A stretch of DNA of 64,000 bases, taken from positions 7,622 to 71,621 of the forward strand of contig JAPPFP010000023.1 in the NCBI GenBank assembly GCA_028877275.1. Reading direction: 5' to 3'. Source of the DNA: Acidobacteriota bacterium. Lineage in GTDB: Bacteria; Acidobacteriota; Thermoanaerobaculia; Multivoradales; Multivoraceae. Positions 48,146-58,637 of this stretch are shown here, piece by piece. The notes beneath the pieces were generated by a model. That model saw only the letters and a list, made by a program, of their open reading frames with translations. It was not told the origin of the DNA and ran no database searches. The stretch's first letter is position 1, and each line of letters starts with the position of its first letter. The translations under genes were made by a program, and so were the position numbers.

Positions 48146-49082
48146 ACACGCCGTCGACGCCGAGTTCGAACAGGTAGCGCTCGAGTTCGGCTTCGTGGCT
48201 GCCGTGGAGGTCCGGCACCTGGTCGGCGCGGAACGTGTAGGGATGGATGGTCAGGCCGGCGTCGCGAGCCCAGCCGATCAGCTCGGGCTGCCGCTCCAGC
48301 ATCGTCTTGGCCGGGCCGATGCCGTCGGCGAACGCGGCAATGCCGGCCATGCCCTCGGCGCTCAGGAACTGCCGGTACTGCTCGACCTCGGCCATCAGCA
48401 GGACCTGGGGCAGTTCGGAGCCCAGTTCGCGCAGGCGCCTGAGACTCTCCTCCTCGAAGCTCTGAACGAAGATCGGAGCGCCGCTCTCCCGGTAGCCGTA
48501 GCGCTCGACGACTTCGAGCAACGCCTCCTCCATCGGCAGGCCCTCGGTGCGGTGCCAGGCGGGCGCCTTGATTTCGGGATAGATGCCGACCGTTCGGCCG
48601 GTGCGCTCGTTCAGGCCCTGGACGAGCTCGATCATCTCGGCGAAGGAGGGTACGGCGAAGCGGCTCTTGCCCCTGGGGAAGCGGTCGCGCAGCCGCTCCC
48701 TTGCCTCGAGCCGCCGGATCTCGGCGAGCGAGAAGTCGGCGGCGTACCAGCGGCCGTCCTCGCGGGCGCGGCTGGGGAAGACCTGTTCGACGTTCGTCGT
48801 CGCCTGGAGGTAGATGTCGTGCAGGCAGATCAGATGACCGTCCCGGGTCAGGACGAGGTCGGGCTCGATGTAGTCGGCCCCCATGCCGTGGGCGAGGGCG
48901 TAGGCCGGCAGCGTGTGCTCGGGCAGGTAGCCGCTGGCGCCGCGGTGGGCGATGACGATCCTGGACGGTGACGACACGGCATCCTCCGTGGCCCCGTCGT
49001 CGCCGGCGAGCGTGGCGGCAGGCAGTCCTGTCGCGCACGCCAGCGCGGCGGCGACGACCGGGGCTCCGGCTTGCGACTTCAC
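48099..49082 (-). CDS. Glycerophosphodiester phosphodiesterase (GlpQ-like), secreted
   Basis: IAHRGASGYLPEHTL, IEPDLVLTRDG, YPEIK, GVDGVFTDYP. Confidence 0.9.
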   Translation of the reverse strand: MKSQAGAPVVAAALACATGLPAATLAGDDGATEDAVSSPSRIVIAHRGASGYLPEHTLPAYALAHGMGADYIEPDLVLTRDGHLICLHDIYLQATTNVEQVFPSRAREDGRWYAADFSLAEIRRLEARERLRDRFPRGKSRFAVPSFAEMIELVQGLNERTGRTVGIYPEIKAPAWHRTEGLPMEEALLEVVERYGYRESGAPIFVQSFEEESLRRLRELGSELPQVLLMAEVEQYRQFLSAEGMAGIAAFADGIGPAKTMLERQPELIGWARDAGLTIHPYTFRADQVPDLHGSHEAELERYLFELGVDGVFTDYPDRARAVLDRQ

Positions 49083-49090
49083 GCTTCGGC

Positions 49091-51151
49091 TCAAGGTCGG
49101 CGGGCCGACACATCGGACAGCGCCTCGACCTCGACCCTGGCGTCGTTGAAGCAGGCGCCCGCCCCGATGTCGGTCAAGGTGTCCGGCGCGAGGGCGCAGG
49201 CGTTCGTTCCCGATTCCGTGCTTCTTGCCCAGACCCCCTTGGGCAACAGGGCGACCCCGGGCTTGAGGTCCGCGTTGAGGCGGACGCGGCAGCGGACTTC
49301 GCCGTAGTCGTTGAACACGCGCACTCGCGGTTTGTCGCCGCCCAGTCCACGCGCGGCGGCGTCCTCCGGGTGCATCTCGAGCGGCACCTGGCCGCGGCGC
49401 AACTGGCCGAAGGTGGAACTCACCGTCTGCGGCACGGAGGGAGAGATGAGCGCCAGCGGGTACCGTCCACCGCCCGGCTCGGCGTGAAAGGCGTAGAGCC
49501 CGCGGGCCGATTCGGTCTCGAGCGAGGGCGGGCAGAGATGAACCTTGCGGTCGGCAGTGTGGGGGAAGACGTCGACGAACTGGATCGGACGGCGCCCGGT
49601 CTCCGGCAGCACCAGGCCCTCGTTCGCGAGCCGCCGTTGCCGCCGCCGGCCCAGCACCGCCTGCCGCCACTCCGCCTCCGAGCGGGGGTCATCGTCACGC
49701 AGGAGTCCGAGTCGGTCGGCCAGTGCGCCGAACACCCGGAGGTTGGAGCGGGCCTCGCCCACCGGCTGCGCCACCGGCTTCGTGTCGTGGAGCACCATCG
49801 CTCCGTAGCCCATCGCCAGGTCGTCGTGTTCGAGGAAGGTCGTCGCCGGCAGCACCAGGTCGGCATAGGCGGCGGTGTCCGTCATCACCTGGTCGAAGAC
49901 GACGGTGAACAGGTCCTCCCGCTTCAGACCGCGGCGGACGAGCTCCTGGTTCGGCAGCGTCGCGAGCGGATTCGCGTTGTAGACGAAGAGGACCTGGACG
50001 GGTGGTCCGGAGTTGGCGTCCGGGTCGGTCAGCACCCTGCCGACGTGGTTCATGTTCACGATCCGCGTGCCCGGCGACGGCTCGCGCCGGCCCACGTCGC
50101 GGAAGGCGGCGCCGTTGCTCATCGTGTAGCCGCCGGCGCGAACCTTGAACTTCCCGGCCACGGCGGGCAGGGCGAGGATCGCCGCGACCGCCGATCCGCC
50201 GTTCCGGTTGCGCTCGACGCCCCAGCCACAACGGATGACGGCCGGTGAGGAGGTGTTGTACCACTCGTAGCACCGGGCGATGTCGCGCGCCGGGACGCCG
50301 GTGACCTCGGCGGCGCGCTCGAAGGTCCAGGGCTCGGCCCGCCGGCGCAGGTCGTCGACACCGGTCGCGTGTTCGGCCAGGAACTCGAGGTCCGCAGCGC
50401 CGCGGTGGAAGAACTCGCGGTGAAGCGCCAGGGCCAGGCACAGGTCGGTACCCGGCCGGGGCTGAAGGTGGAGGTCGGCCTGCTTCGCCAGCGGCGTGCG
50501 TCGAGGATCGACGACGACCAGCTTGCCGCCGCGAGCCCGGGCGGCGCGCAGGATCGGCACCAGGTGGATGCCGGTGGAGGAGGGGTTGGCGCCCCACACG
50601 ATCGCCAGGTGTGCGTGTTCGTAGTCCTCGAGCGCGACGCCGGCCATCTTGCCGTAGAGGCCGAGCGCGGCCGCGGTGCTGGGCGCCGCGCAGACGGTGC
50701 GTGCGAGCTGGGAAGCCCCGAAGCGACGGAACAGGATCGCGTCGGCGGTGTCCTGCGTGAGCAGGCCGTTCGAGCCGCCGTAGCTGAGCGGCAGCACGGA
50801 CTCCCCGCCGAAGGCGGTCTTCGCCTCGATCATCCGTTCGACGATCAGGTGGAGGGCCTCCTCCCAGGAGATCCGCCGGAAGTCGCCGGTGCCCTTGGCG
50901 CCGTCTCGCAGCGCCGGATGGAGCACGCGATCCTCGCCGTACAGGTGGCGCGAGATCCGTCCGACCTTGGAGCAGATGAAGCCGCCGGTCAGCGGATGCG
51001 CGACTTCCGGTGGCGCTGCCCGCACCTTGGTGACGCGTCCGTCCGCGACCTCCACCTCGAGCGAGCAGGAGTCGGGGCAGTCGAGCGTGCAGGCGGTGTG
51101 GTGAAACGCCGTGCTGCCTGGGGAGGCCTGCGCTGGATCCGCGATCGTCAT
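49091..51151 (-). CDS. Cytoplasmic molybdopterin (bis-MGD) oxidoreductase with N-terminal 4Fe-4S cluster
   Basis: CTLDCPDSC...ICSK; ADLVLPATTFLE; C-terminal MHPEDAAARG. No Tat signal. Confidence 0.88.
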   Translation of the reverse strand: MTIADPAQASPGSTAFHHTACTLDCPDSCSLEVEVADGRVTKVRAAPPEVAHPLTGGFICSKVGRISRHLYGEDRVLHPALRDGAKGTGDFRRISWEEALHLIVERMIEAKTAFGGESVLPLSYGGSNGLLTQDTADAILFRRFGASQLARTVCAAPSTAAALGLYGKMAGVALEDYEHAHLAIVWGANPSSTGIHLVPILRAARARGGKLVVVDPRRTPLAKQADLHLQPRPGTDLCLALALHREFFHRGAADLEFLAEHATGVDDLRRRAEPWTFERAAEVTGVPARDIARCYEWYNTSSPAVIRCGWGVERNRNGGSAVAAILALPAVAGKFKVRAGGYTMSNGAAFRDVGRREPSPGTRIVNMNHVGRVLTDPDANSGPPVQVLFVYNANPLATLPNQELVRRGLKREDLFTVVFDQVMTDTAAYADLVLPATTFLEHDDLAMGYGAMVLHDTKPVAQPVGEARSNLRVFGALADRLGLLRDDDPRSEAEWRQAVLGRRRQRRLANEGLVLPETGRRPIQFVDVFPHTADRKVHLCPPSLETESARGLYAFHAEPGGGRYPLALISPSVPQTVSSTFGQLRRGQVPLEMHPEDAAARGLGGDKPRVRVFNDYGEVRCRVRLNADLKPGVALLPKGVWARSTESGTNACALAPDTLTDIGAGACFNDARVEVEALSDVSARRP

Positions 51152-51234
51152 GCGGGGAAGCGTACAACGCGGAATGTCGGTACGATTCGCGCTCGCCGAC
51201 CGGCCCCGGTTCGGCCATTACACGGACTCTTGCC

Positions 51235-52371
51235 ATGACCCTGACGCTCGATCGCCAGACCTCCGCGCAGCAGGCGCCGGAGCAGCGTGTCTTCAACTTC
51301 TCGCCGGGTCCGGCGGTGCTGCCGTTGCCGGTCCTCCGGGAGATCCAGCGCGATCTGCTGGCGCTGCCGGGCGCCGGCAGTTCCGTGCTGGAGATCAGTC
51401 ACCGCTCGGCGGCGTTCGACGCGATTCTCAAGGAAGCGGAAGCCAACCTGCGCGAGCTGCTTGCCATTCCGGCCGACTACCGGGTGCTCTTCCTGCAAGG
51501 CGGGGCCTCGCTGCAGTTCTCGATGGTCCCGATCAATCTGCTGCGCGGTCAGGACCTGCCGGCGAGTTACATCCTGACCGGATCGTGGGGCGGCAAGGCC
51601 GCCGTCGAAGCGCGGCGCGAGGGCAGGGTCCACGTCGCCTGGGACGGAAAGGCCGACAACTTCGTGCGGGTGCCGAACGACGGAGAGCTCGATCTGCCGC
51701 CGGCCTCGGCCTACGTCTACTACACGTCGAACGAGACGATCCAGGGTGTCCAGTTCCGCCGTCCGCCCGCGGTCGGCGCCGCGCCCCTGGTGTGCGACGC
51801 GTCGTCGGACTTTCTCTCGGCCCCGGTCGACGTGGGCGAACACGGCCTGCTCTACGCCTGTGCCCAGAAGAACGCCGGTCCCGCCGGGCTGACCGTGGTC
51901 ATCGTCTCGGACAAGGTTCTCGAACGGTGCGGCGACGACGTGCACTCGATGCTCAGCTACCGGCTTCAGGCGGAGAAGGGCTCGCGCCTCAACACCCCGA
52001 ACGTCTTCGGCGTGTACGTCTTCCTGCTCATCACGCGTTGGCTGCGCGACGAGGTCGGCGGTCTGGGGGCCGCGGCTGAGCGGGCGGCGGCAAAGAGCGG
52101 GCTGATCTACGACGTACTGGACCGGGACGGCGGCGAGTTCTTCATCGCCCATGCCGAGCGCGAGTGTCGTTCGCGCATGAACGTGACCTTCAGGCTGCGC
52201 CGCGCCGGTCTGGAAGAGGCCTTCGTGGCGGGCGCGGCCGAGCTGGATCTCGTCTCGATCAAGGGCCACCGTTCAGTCGGCGGCTTCCGTATCTCCGCCT
52301 ACAACGCGATGCCCGTCGAAGGCGTCCAACGCCTGCGCGACTACATGCTGGACTTCCGCGCCAGCCACTGA
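51235..52371 (+). CDS. serC: Phosphoserine aminotransferase
   Basis: FNFSPGPA, LEISHRS, FLQGGAS.QF, NETIQG, AQKNAGPAG, KGHRSVGG.R.S.YNA. Confidence 0.95.
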   Translation: MTLTLDRQTSAQQAPEQRVFNFSPGPAVLPLPVLREIQRDLLALPGAGSSVLEISHRSAAFDAILKEAEANLRELLAIPADYRVLFLQGGASLQFSMVPINLLRGQDLPASYILTGSWGGKAAVEARREGRVHVAWDGKADNFVRVPNDGELDLPPASAYVYYTSNETIQGVQFRRPPAVGAAPLVCDASSDFLSAPVDVGEHGLLYACAQKNAGPAGLTVVIVSDKVLERCGDDVHSMLSYRLQAEKGSRLNTPNVFGVYVFLLITRWLRDEVGGLGAAAERAAAKSGLIYDVLDRDGGEFFIAHAERECRSRMNVTFRLRRAGLEEAFVAGAAELDLVSIKGHRSVGGFRISAYNAMPVEGVQRLRDYMLDFRASH

Positions 52372-52386
52372 GCAAACCCTGGGTGC

Positions 52387-52429
52387 GCCGGCCTTCTGGC
52401 CGGCATCAGGCGCGATGCCGCGAAGCGGC
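52387..52429. terminator. Two GC hairpins between convergent genes
   Basis: GCCGGCC-TTCT-GGCCGGC (52387-52404) and GCCGC-GAA-GCGGC (52417-52429). Confidence 0.45.
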
Positions 52430-52441
52430 GAGCCCGTATCG

Positions 52442-53431
52442 CTATCGGCGGCTCGTCAACAGCGCCGACCCCGCGATCACCAGAAGCAGCAGCACCCCAC
52501 CTACGCCCAACAGGATCGGCGACGTGTCGCGGTTGACGTTGTTGGTGACCACCTCGTCGCCCGGCTGGTCGAAGATCGAACTGGCGTCCCTCGCCGCTGT
52601 CGCGGCCGCCGCCATCGCCGCCTCGTCTTCCGGCTGGCCCAGGCCGTCCTCGGCGATGATCCGCTCGACGGTCCGAACGAGATCCCAGAGCTCGTCCGGG
52701 CTGTACGCGTCGCGGTAGCCCGGCATCGCCGTGCCGTCCATGCCGAGATAGAGACGGCTGTAGATGTCGGCGCTGCCCTTTCCGCCCTTGAAGACCCCGC
52801 CGACGATGTTGGTCGGCAGGGTGTGGTTGCCCTCGAAGTCGGGCATCGGGTCGTTGCGAAGCCGCCTGCCGTTCGGGCCGTGGCAGGAAGCGCAGGCTTC
52901 CAGGTAGATCCGTTCGCCCCGCGCGCGTCGTTCGTCGTCGAAGGGAGGCTCGGGCGGTATCTCGATCGCCGGACCCGGGACCGTTCGCCTCGCGAACTCC
53001 GCGTCGGCCTCCGCGGCGCTCAACTCGCCCGCGGCGACCGCCCGGTCGAGTTCGCCGCGGATGGCGTCCAGGCTGAAACCGCGCACGTAGCGGGCCATCG
53101 CCTCGATCTCGGCGTCGGGAACCTGGCCCCACGCGGACATGCCGGTGCCCGGCATGCCGCGGCGGATGAGCTCCTCCAGGTCCTGGTCCGAGGGGATCGC
53201 GTTCTCGGTGGTCGCCAGCTTGAACCGGCCCGACTGGAAGCTGCGGGGCCGTTCGCCCGTGGTGTAGCTGAACTTGCCCAGACCGTCGCCGTCTTCGCCG
53301 TGGCACTCCCGGCAGTAGCGGAGGAAGGCCTGCCTGCCGAGGTCGTCGTCCGCTTCCGGGCCCTGAGCCGCCAGCGCGGCCGCAGGGGCGAGTTGCGCGG
53401 CCGCCCAGAGCAGGACGGTGAGACGCGGCAC
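52442..53431 (-). CDS. Diheme cytochrome c with C-terminal membrane anchor
   Basis: Signal peptide; CRECH and CASCH; PRSFQSGRFKLATT, GMPGTGM, GMDGTAMP. Confidence 0.85.
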   Translation of the reverse strand: MPRLTVLLWAAAQLAPAAALAAQGPEADDDLGRQAFLRYCRECHGEDGDGLGKFSYTTGERPRSFQSGRFKLATTENAIPSDQDLEELIRRGMPGTGMSAWGQVPDAEIEAMARYVRGFSLDAIRGELDRAVAAGELSAAEADAEFARRTVPGPAIEIPPEPPFDDERRARGERIYLEACASCHGPNGRRLRNDPMPDFEGNHTLPTNIVGGVFKGGKGSADIYSRLYLGMDGTAMPGYRDAYSPDELWDLVRTVERIIAEDGLGQPEDEAAMAAAATAARDASSIFDQPGDEVVTNNVNRDTSPILLGVGGVLLLLVIAGSALLTSRR

Positions 53432-53436
53432 TGGCG

Positions 53437-55014
53437 CTACTCCCCGCCGACTCGCTCCAGGTACACGGCCTCCAGCAGGTCGAGCTTGTCCTTCAGCACG
53501 CCCGGCGTTGCCTCCGGCTCCGGGGCGTCGAGCACCATCCAGGTGTCGCTCTCCTCGTCGTACTCCGGCCATTCCGGGGCGCCGTCGCCGTTCGGGTCGC
53601 CGGTGGCGGCGAAGCGGGTCCAGTAGCCGGCCATCGAGTCGGCGAGGGCTTCGCCGTCCGCGCCGGGGTAGCGCTCGGAGTCCGGGACGCCCGGGTCGCC
53701 GAAGGCGTAGGACACCTCCGAACCGTGGGGCGCGCCGGGGAACGTCTCGCGCTGCGCTTCGGGGACGAACCGGAAGTAGTAGGTGCGCGCCGGCGAGGAG
53801 ACGTTCTTCATCTGTGCAGCCAGGTAGCGGGCGGAGATCACGTAGCGCTGATCGCCGAAGAGGGTGGCGGCGGCAATGCGCTCGGTGTCTTCCTCGGTCT
53901 CACCGTCCGCTCCGTACAGGTTGCGGGCCTTTTGCTCACGCTGGCCGAACGTAGTGAAGAAGTCGTCGGGCGCCATGGCGAAGGCGCGGAAGATCGTTCC
54001 TTCGAAGCTGTTGCCGCCGGTGATGTAGGGCACGTCGTGCTGCTCGCCCCGGGCGAAGACGATGCCGGGCTCGTCCGGGAGCACGGTGCCCGTGATCGGC
54101 ACCCAGAAGCCGGTGCCGAGGGCGTTGAGGTCCTCGAACGGAACGCTGCGCAGATCGTCCGCGGACGGCTCGTCGCCGAGGGCGAAGCCGGCCCCGGCGA
54201 ACAGCGCCGCGCCGTGGTCGCGTGCCGAGGGCAGCCCCCACCGGGCCTCGCTGAGGTGAGGCAACCGCCAGGTGCCGTAGCCGCTCTGGGCGATCGCCCG
54301 GTGGAACAGGCCGGCGGACGCTGGCGTGCTCATCAGCGTGTTCACGGCCATCCCGCCGGCCGAGACGCCGAAGATCGTCACGCGGTCCGCATCGCCGCCG
54401 AAGGCCGCGGCGTTCTGCTGCACCCATTCGAGGGCGGCGATCATGTCGAGCACGCCGTGGCTGCCCTCGGGCTCGCCGGAAGCCGCGGCTTCGGCGGCCA
54501 GGGCGGGATGGGCGAAGAAGCCGAGGGCGCCCAGCCGGTACTGGATGCTGACGACGACGACGCCACGGCTTGCCAGACCGGCGCCGCGGCCCGTCGCTGG
54601 AGCTTCGCCGAGCCGGCCGTTTCCGGCGCGGAAGCCGCCGCCGTGGATCCAGACCATGACCGGCATCGCGTCCGAGTCGGAGCGCTCGGCCGCCGTCCAA
54701 ACGTTCAGGTACAGGCAATCCTCGCTCTGCGGGAGTTGCGCGCGCCCCTGGGGGCAGATGGGACGGTACTCGTTGGCCTGGAGAGGCTCCGTCCAGGGTT
54801 CGACGGCTACGGGCGGACGCCAGCGCAGGTGGCCCTCGGGCGCCTGCGCGAAGGGGATGCCGAGAAAGACGGCGATGTCGTCGCTGCTTTCGGGGGCGAA
54901 GCCCTGGACGGGGCCGGCGTCAGTCTGGACCAGGAAGGGGTCGGACGGTTCGGCGGCGCAGGCGAGGAGGAGAGGGAAGGCGAGGGCGAGGAAGGCGGTG
55001 GATCGGGTCTTCAT
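53437..55014 (-). CDS. Type B carboxylesterase lipoprotein
   Basis: Lipobox LLA-C; SEDCLYLNVW, HGGGF, FGVSAGG nucleophile, PHGSE. Confidence 0.9.
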   Translation of the reverse strand: MKTRSTAFLALAFPLLLACAAEPSDPFLVQTDAGPVQGFAPESSDDIAVFLGIPFAQAPEGHLRWRPPVAVEPWTEPLQANEYRPICPQGRAQLPQSEDCLYLNVWTAAERSDSDAMPVMVWIHGGGFRAGNGRLGEAPATGRGAGLASRGVVVVSIQYRLGALGFFAHPALAAEAAASGEPEGSHGVLDMIAALEWVQQNAAAFGGDADRVTIFGVSAGGMAVNTLMSTPASAGLFHRAIAQSGYGTWRLPHLSEARWGLPSARDHGAALFAGAGFALGDEPSADDLRSVPFEDLNALGTGFWVPITGTVLPDEPGIVFARGEQHDVPYITGGNSFEGTIFRAFAMAPDDFFTTFGQREQKARNLYGADGETEEDTERIAAATLFGDQRYVISARYLAAQMKNVSSPARTYYFRFVPEAQRETFPGAPHGSEVSYAFGDPGVPDSERYPGADGEALADSMAGYWTRFAATGDPNGDGAPEWPEYDEESDTWMVLDAPEPEATPGVLKDKLDLLEAVYLERVGGE

Positions 55015-55020
55015 GGTGGT

Positions 55021-56463
55021 TCAGTCCTGGCCGCCGGTCGGCGTGACGGCGCCCGGCGCGCTCCGGCGTCGGTTGGGTGCGACGGCGATCGTCTCCAGGA
55101 GGTCCAGCATGGTGCGCCAGCCGCGCTCGACGTTCTGGACGGAGATCCGCTCGTTGTTGCCGTGGACGCCTCCCTGGTCGGCGCCCGGAATGACGGCCGG
55201 CGAGAAGCCGTAGGCGACGATGCCGAGGTCGCGGAAGAAGTGGCTGTCGGTGAATCCCGCGGTGACCGCCGGCAGGACGGTGGAGCCGGGGAAGCGGCGC
55301 GCGGTGACGGCTTCGATGGCGCGGTAGAGGTCCGTATCGGTCGAGGAGACGGCCGGCGCGAAGGACATCAGGACCTCGATCGAGATGGACGGCTGGTCGA
55401 GCCGCTTTCTCAGCTCGTGGATGAACGCGCGGGGCCCCTGGTCGGGAAGCAGCCGGCAGTCCAGTTCCGCGGTCGCCGCGGGGGCCACGACGTTGATCTT
55501 GCTCGACGCCTTGAGCCTCGTGACGGCGCAGGTGTTCCGGGTGAGCGCGTGGAGCATCGGGTTCGTCCGGTGCAGGGCGGCGAGGCGCTCAGGTTGCGCG
55601 ATCAGGCCCTCGGGGTCGGCCAGGTCGGCGGCGGCGGACTCGAGTTCGGCCAGGTCGCGGAAGAAGTCGCCGACCGCGGGCACGATGCGGGGAGCGAACG
55701 GATCCTGGCGGAGCCGTTCGAGCGCCTCGATCAGGTCGGTCACCGCGCTGCGGGTCGAGGGGCTCGATCCGTGGCCGGCGGGTCCGACCGCGTTCAGCCG
55801 CAGCCACATTGGCACCTTCTGCGTCACCTCGACGCTGAACACCACGCGGTTGCCCAGGATCCGCCCGCTTCCGCCCTCGTTCAGCACGAGACCGACCCCG
55901 TCCAGCAGGTCCGGCCGGTTGCGCACGATCCAGCCGGCGCCGAGCCGCCCGCCCGCCTCCTCGTCCGCCGTGGCCAGGAAGACGACGTCGCGTTCGAGGG
56001 GCACCCCCGAACGGGCGAGGGCGAGGAACGCCTCCAGGTGCATGATGCCGAGGCCCTTCGTGTCGAGGGCCCCGCGACCGTTGAGGTATCCGTTCTCGTA
56101 GGTTCCGGAGAGCGGATCGTGCTTCCAGAACCGCGGGTCGGCGGGCACGACGTCGATGTGGTGGAGCAGGATGATGCCCGGGGCCTGACCCCCTTCCAGC
56201 CGTGCCCAGATGCTGCCGCGGCCGGGTTCGGGCTCCACGGTCTCGTAGGGGATCCCCTCGCGCTCGAAGATGTCCGCGAAGAAGGCGACCGCCGCGCTCT
56301 CGTTGCCCGGCGGGTTCGTCGTATCGATGCGAATGTACTGCTGGAGCCGCCGCGAGGCTTCCGGCAGCCGCGGATCGCTGGTCGCGTCCTGACCCGTGCC
56401 CGAGGCCGGCGCCAGCGCCAGGAGCGCGGCCATCGCCGAAGCGATCACGGTGGCGGTGCGCAT
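55021..56463 (-). CDS. M20 family metallo-peptidase/amidohydrolase, secreted
   Basis: HIDVVP, GRGALDTK, DEEAGG, NEGG, GFTDS, HGNNERI. Confidence 0.9.
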   Translation of the reverse strand: MRTATVIASAMAALLALAPASGTGQDATSDPRLPEASRRLQQYIRIDTTNPPGNESAAVAFFADIFEREGIPYETVEPEPGRGSIWARLEGGQAPGIILLHHIDVVPADPRFWKHDPLSGTYENGYLNGRGALDTKGLGIMHLEAFLALARSGVPLERDVVFLATADEEAGGRLGAGWIVRNRPDLLDGVGLVLNEGGSGRILGNRVVFSVEVTQKVPMWLRLNAVGPAGHGSSPSTRSAVTDLIEALERLRQDPFAPRIVPAVGDFFRDLAELESAAADLADPEGLIAQPERLAALHRTNPMLHALTRNTCAVTRLKASSKINVVAPAATAELDCRLLPDQGPRAFIHELRKRLDQPSISIEVLMSFAPAVSSTDTDLYRAIEAVTARRFPGSTVLPAVTAGFTDSHFFRDLGIVAYGFSPAVIPGADQGGVHGNNERISVQNVERGWRTMLDLLETIAVAPNRRRSAPGAVTPTGGQD

Positions 56464-56642
56464 CGGGTTGGTCGTCGTAGCGTCCGAACGGTCGGTCGGT
56501 GAGTGCCAAGCATATGGCAAGCGGGTGAACCCGGGGCGTTTGTCACCGTACAGAAAGGAGGCGGCGGAGCGAGTCCTTCGGCCTCGCACGTCTCCTCAGG
56601 CGGCTATGATCGCGCGGCCGCGCAACGACCGAAGGAGAACCC

Positions 56643-58637
56643 TTGACGAGATCACAACGAAGACTCGCGACGTCGACGCTGATGCCGGCGTTGCTGGTCC
56701 TTGCTTCGGCAACGGCCTGGGCCCAGCACGGCGTTGGCGACGGCAACTGGCCGTCCTACGGCGGCGACTACGGCAGCACGAAGTACACCGCGCTCGACCA
56801 GATCGACCGGGACAACGTCGCCGATCTCGAGGTGATCTGGGGTTGGGATTCTCCGGACAACGCCGAGCTGGCGGAACGGCACCGGATCCTCTGGCCTGGC
56901 CCCTACAAGGTGACGCCCCTCATGGTCGGCGGCACGCTCTATGTGTCGACCTCCTTCGGCCAGGTTGCAGCGATCGACGGCGAGACCGGTGAGCAGAAGT
57001 GGGTGTTCGACACCGAGGACTGGCGCGCCAGCCGGCCCACGAACCTCGGCTACAACCACCGCGGCGTCGGCTACTGGACGGACGGCGAACAGGCCAGGAT
57101 CCTGATGCCGACCAATCAGGCGTACCTGTGGGCGATCGACGCGCACACCGGCGAGCCGGTCGGCGGCTTCGGCGAGGGCGGAAAGGTCGATCTGACGGAG
57201 GGCCTCGGCAGGCCGGTGCAGCGCCGCATCTACTCGGTCATCTCGGCGCCGATGATCATCGGCGACACCGTGGTCGTCGGCTCGTCGATCTTCGACGGTC
57301 CGACCCGGAAGGAGATGCCGCCCGGCCACGTTCGGGGCTTCGACGTCCGCACCGGCGAGCAGAAGTGGATCTTCCACACGATTCCCCAGGGCGACGAACC
57401 GGGCGTGGAGACCTGGGAGGACGACTCCTGGACCTACAGCGGCAACACGAACGTCTGGTCGCTGATGAGCGGCGACCCGGAGCTGGGCTATGTCTACCTG
57501 CCGACGGGCACGCCGACGAACGACTGGTACGGCGGCCATCGCCTTGGCGACAACCTCTACGCGGAAAGCCTGGTCTGTCTCGACGCCGACACGGGCGAGA
57601 AGGTGTGGCACTTCCAGTTCGTCCACCATGGCCTGTGGGACTACGACGTGCCGGCGGCGCCGAACCTGGTCGACATCACGGTCGACGGCAGGGAGATCAA
57701 GGCGGTCGCCCAGATCACGAAGCAGGGCTTCATCTACGTGTTCGACCGCGCGACCGGCGAACACGTGTGGCCGATCGAGGAGCGGCCGGTGCCGCAGACC
57801 GACGTCCCCGGTGAGCGCACCTCGCCGACCCAGCCGTTCCCGACCAGGCCAGCGCCCTACGAGCACCAGGGCTTCGAGAGCGACGACATGCTCATCTCGT
57901 TCACTCCCGAACTCCACGAGGCGGCCAAGGCGATCCGCGACAAGTGGGTTGCCGGACCGCTGTTCACGCCGCCGTCGCTCCAGGGGACCCTGCTGTTGCC
58001 GGGCTGGGGCGGGGGCGCGAACTGGTACGGCGCGGCGGTCGATCCCGAAACGTCCACGATCTACATCCCGTCGTTCACGGGGCCGATGGTGGTCAAGCTG
58101 GTCGAGCCCGACGGCGCCCGCTCGAACTTCCGCTACGTGCGCGGCATGAGCGGCATCGAGAGCTTCTTCCTGCAGGGTCCTGAGGGTCTGCCCCTGACCC
58201 GGCCGCCGTACGGCCGGATGACGGCGATCGACCTGAACACGGGCGAGCACGCCTGGATGAGACCCCTGGGTGACGGGCCGCGACAGCAGGTGATGGAGAT
58301 CACGGGCGAGGATCCGGGTCCCCTCGGCGGTCCGCCCGCCGCCGGTCCGCTGCTGACGAAGACGCTGCTCTTCCTGGCCCAGGGCGGCGCCCCGGGGTTG
58401 ACCGGCGGCGATGGCGGCGGCGAGGTCTCCGTTCTTCGGGCGCACGACAAGAAGACGGGAGAGGTGATCCACGAGATCGAGCTCGACGCGTCCCCGAGCG
58501 GGACGCCGATGTCCTACGCGATCGGCGGACGGCAGTACATTGCGCTGGCGGTTACCGGCACGGAGGAAGGCGAGGGTGAAACGGGGATCATCGCGCTCGC
58601 GTTGCCGGATGTCGCTCCGAGGGAGGCCGGCCCATGA
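56643..58637 (+). CDS. PQQ-dependent dehydrogenase (glucose/quinate type), periplasmic
   Basis: AAGGAG before TTG; signal peptide; HHGLWDYD, TKQG..YVFDR.TG, SPTQPFP, RQYIA. Confidence 0.9.
   Translation: MTRSQRRLATSTLMPALLVLASATAWAQHGVGDGNWPSYGGDYGSTKYTALDQIDRDNVADLEVIWGWDSPDNAELAERHRILWPGPYKVTPLMVGGTLYVSTSFGQVAAIDGETGEQKWVFDTEDWRASRPTNLGYNHRGVGYWTDGEQARILMPTNQAYLWAIDAHTGEPVGGFGEGGKVDLTEGLGRPVQRRIYSVISAPMIIGDTVVVGSSIFDGPTRKEMPPGHVRGFDVRTGEQKWIFHTIPQGDEPGVETWEDDSWTYSGNTNVWSLMSGDPELGYVYLPTGTPTNDWYGGHRLGDNLYAESLVCLDADTGEKVWHFQFVHHGLWDYDVPAAPNLVDITVDGREIKAVAQITKQGFIYVFDRATGEHVWPIEERPVPQTDVPGERTSPTQPFPTRPAPYEHQGFESDDMLISFTPELHEAAKAIRDKWVAGPLFTPPSLQGTLLLPGWGGGANWYGAAVDPETSTIYIPSFTGPMVVKLVEPDGARSNFRYVRGMSGIESFFLQGPEGLPLTRPPYGRMTAIDLNTGEHAWMRPLGDGPRQQVMEITGEDPGPLGGPPAAGPLLTKTLLFLAQGGAPGLTGGDGGGEVSVLRAHDKKTGEVIHEIELDASPSGTPMSYAIGGRQYIALAVTGTEEGEGETGIIALALPDVAPREAGP

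Noticed and set aside
53725-56502. 925-aa plus-strand ORF
   Set aside because: Antisense shadow of the carboxylesterase and M20 peptidase genes.
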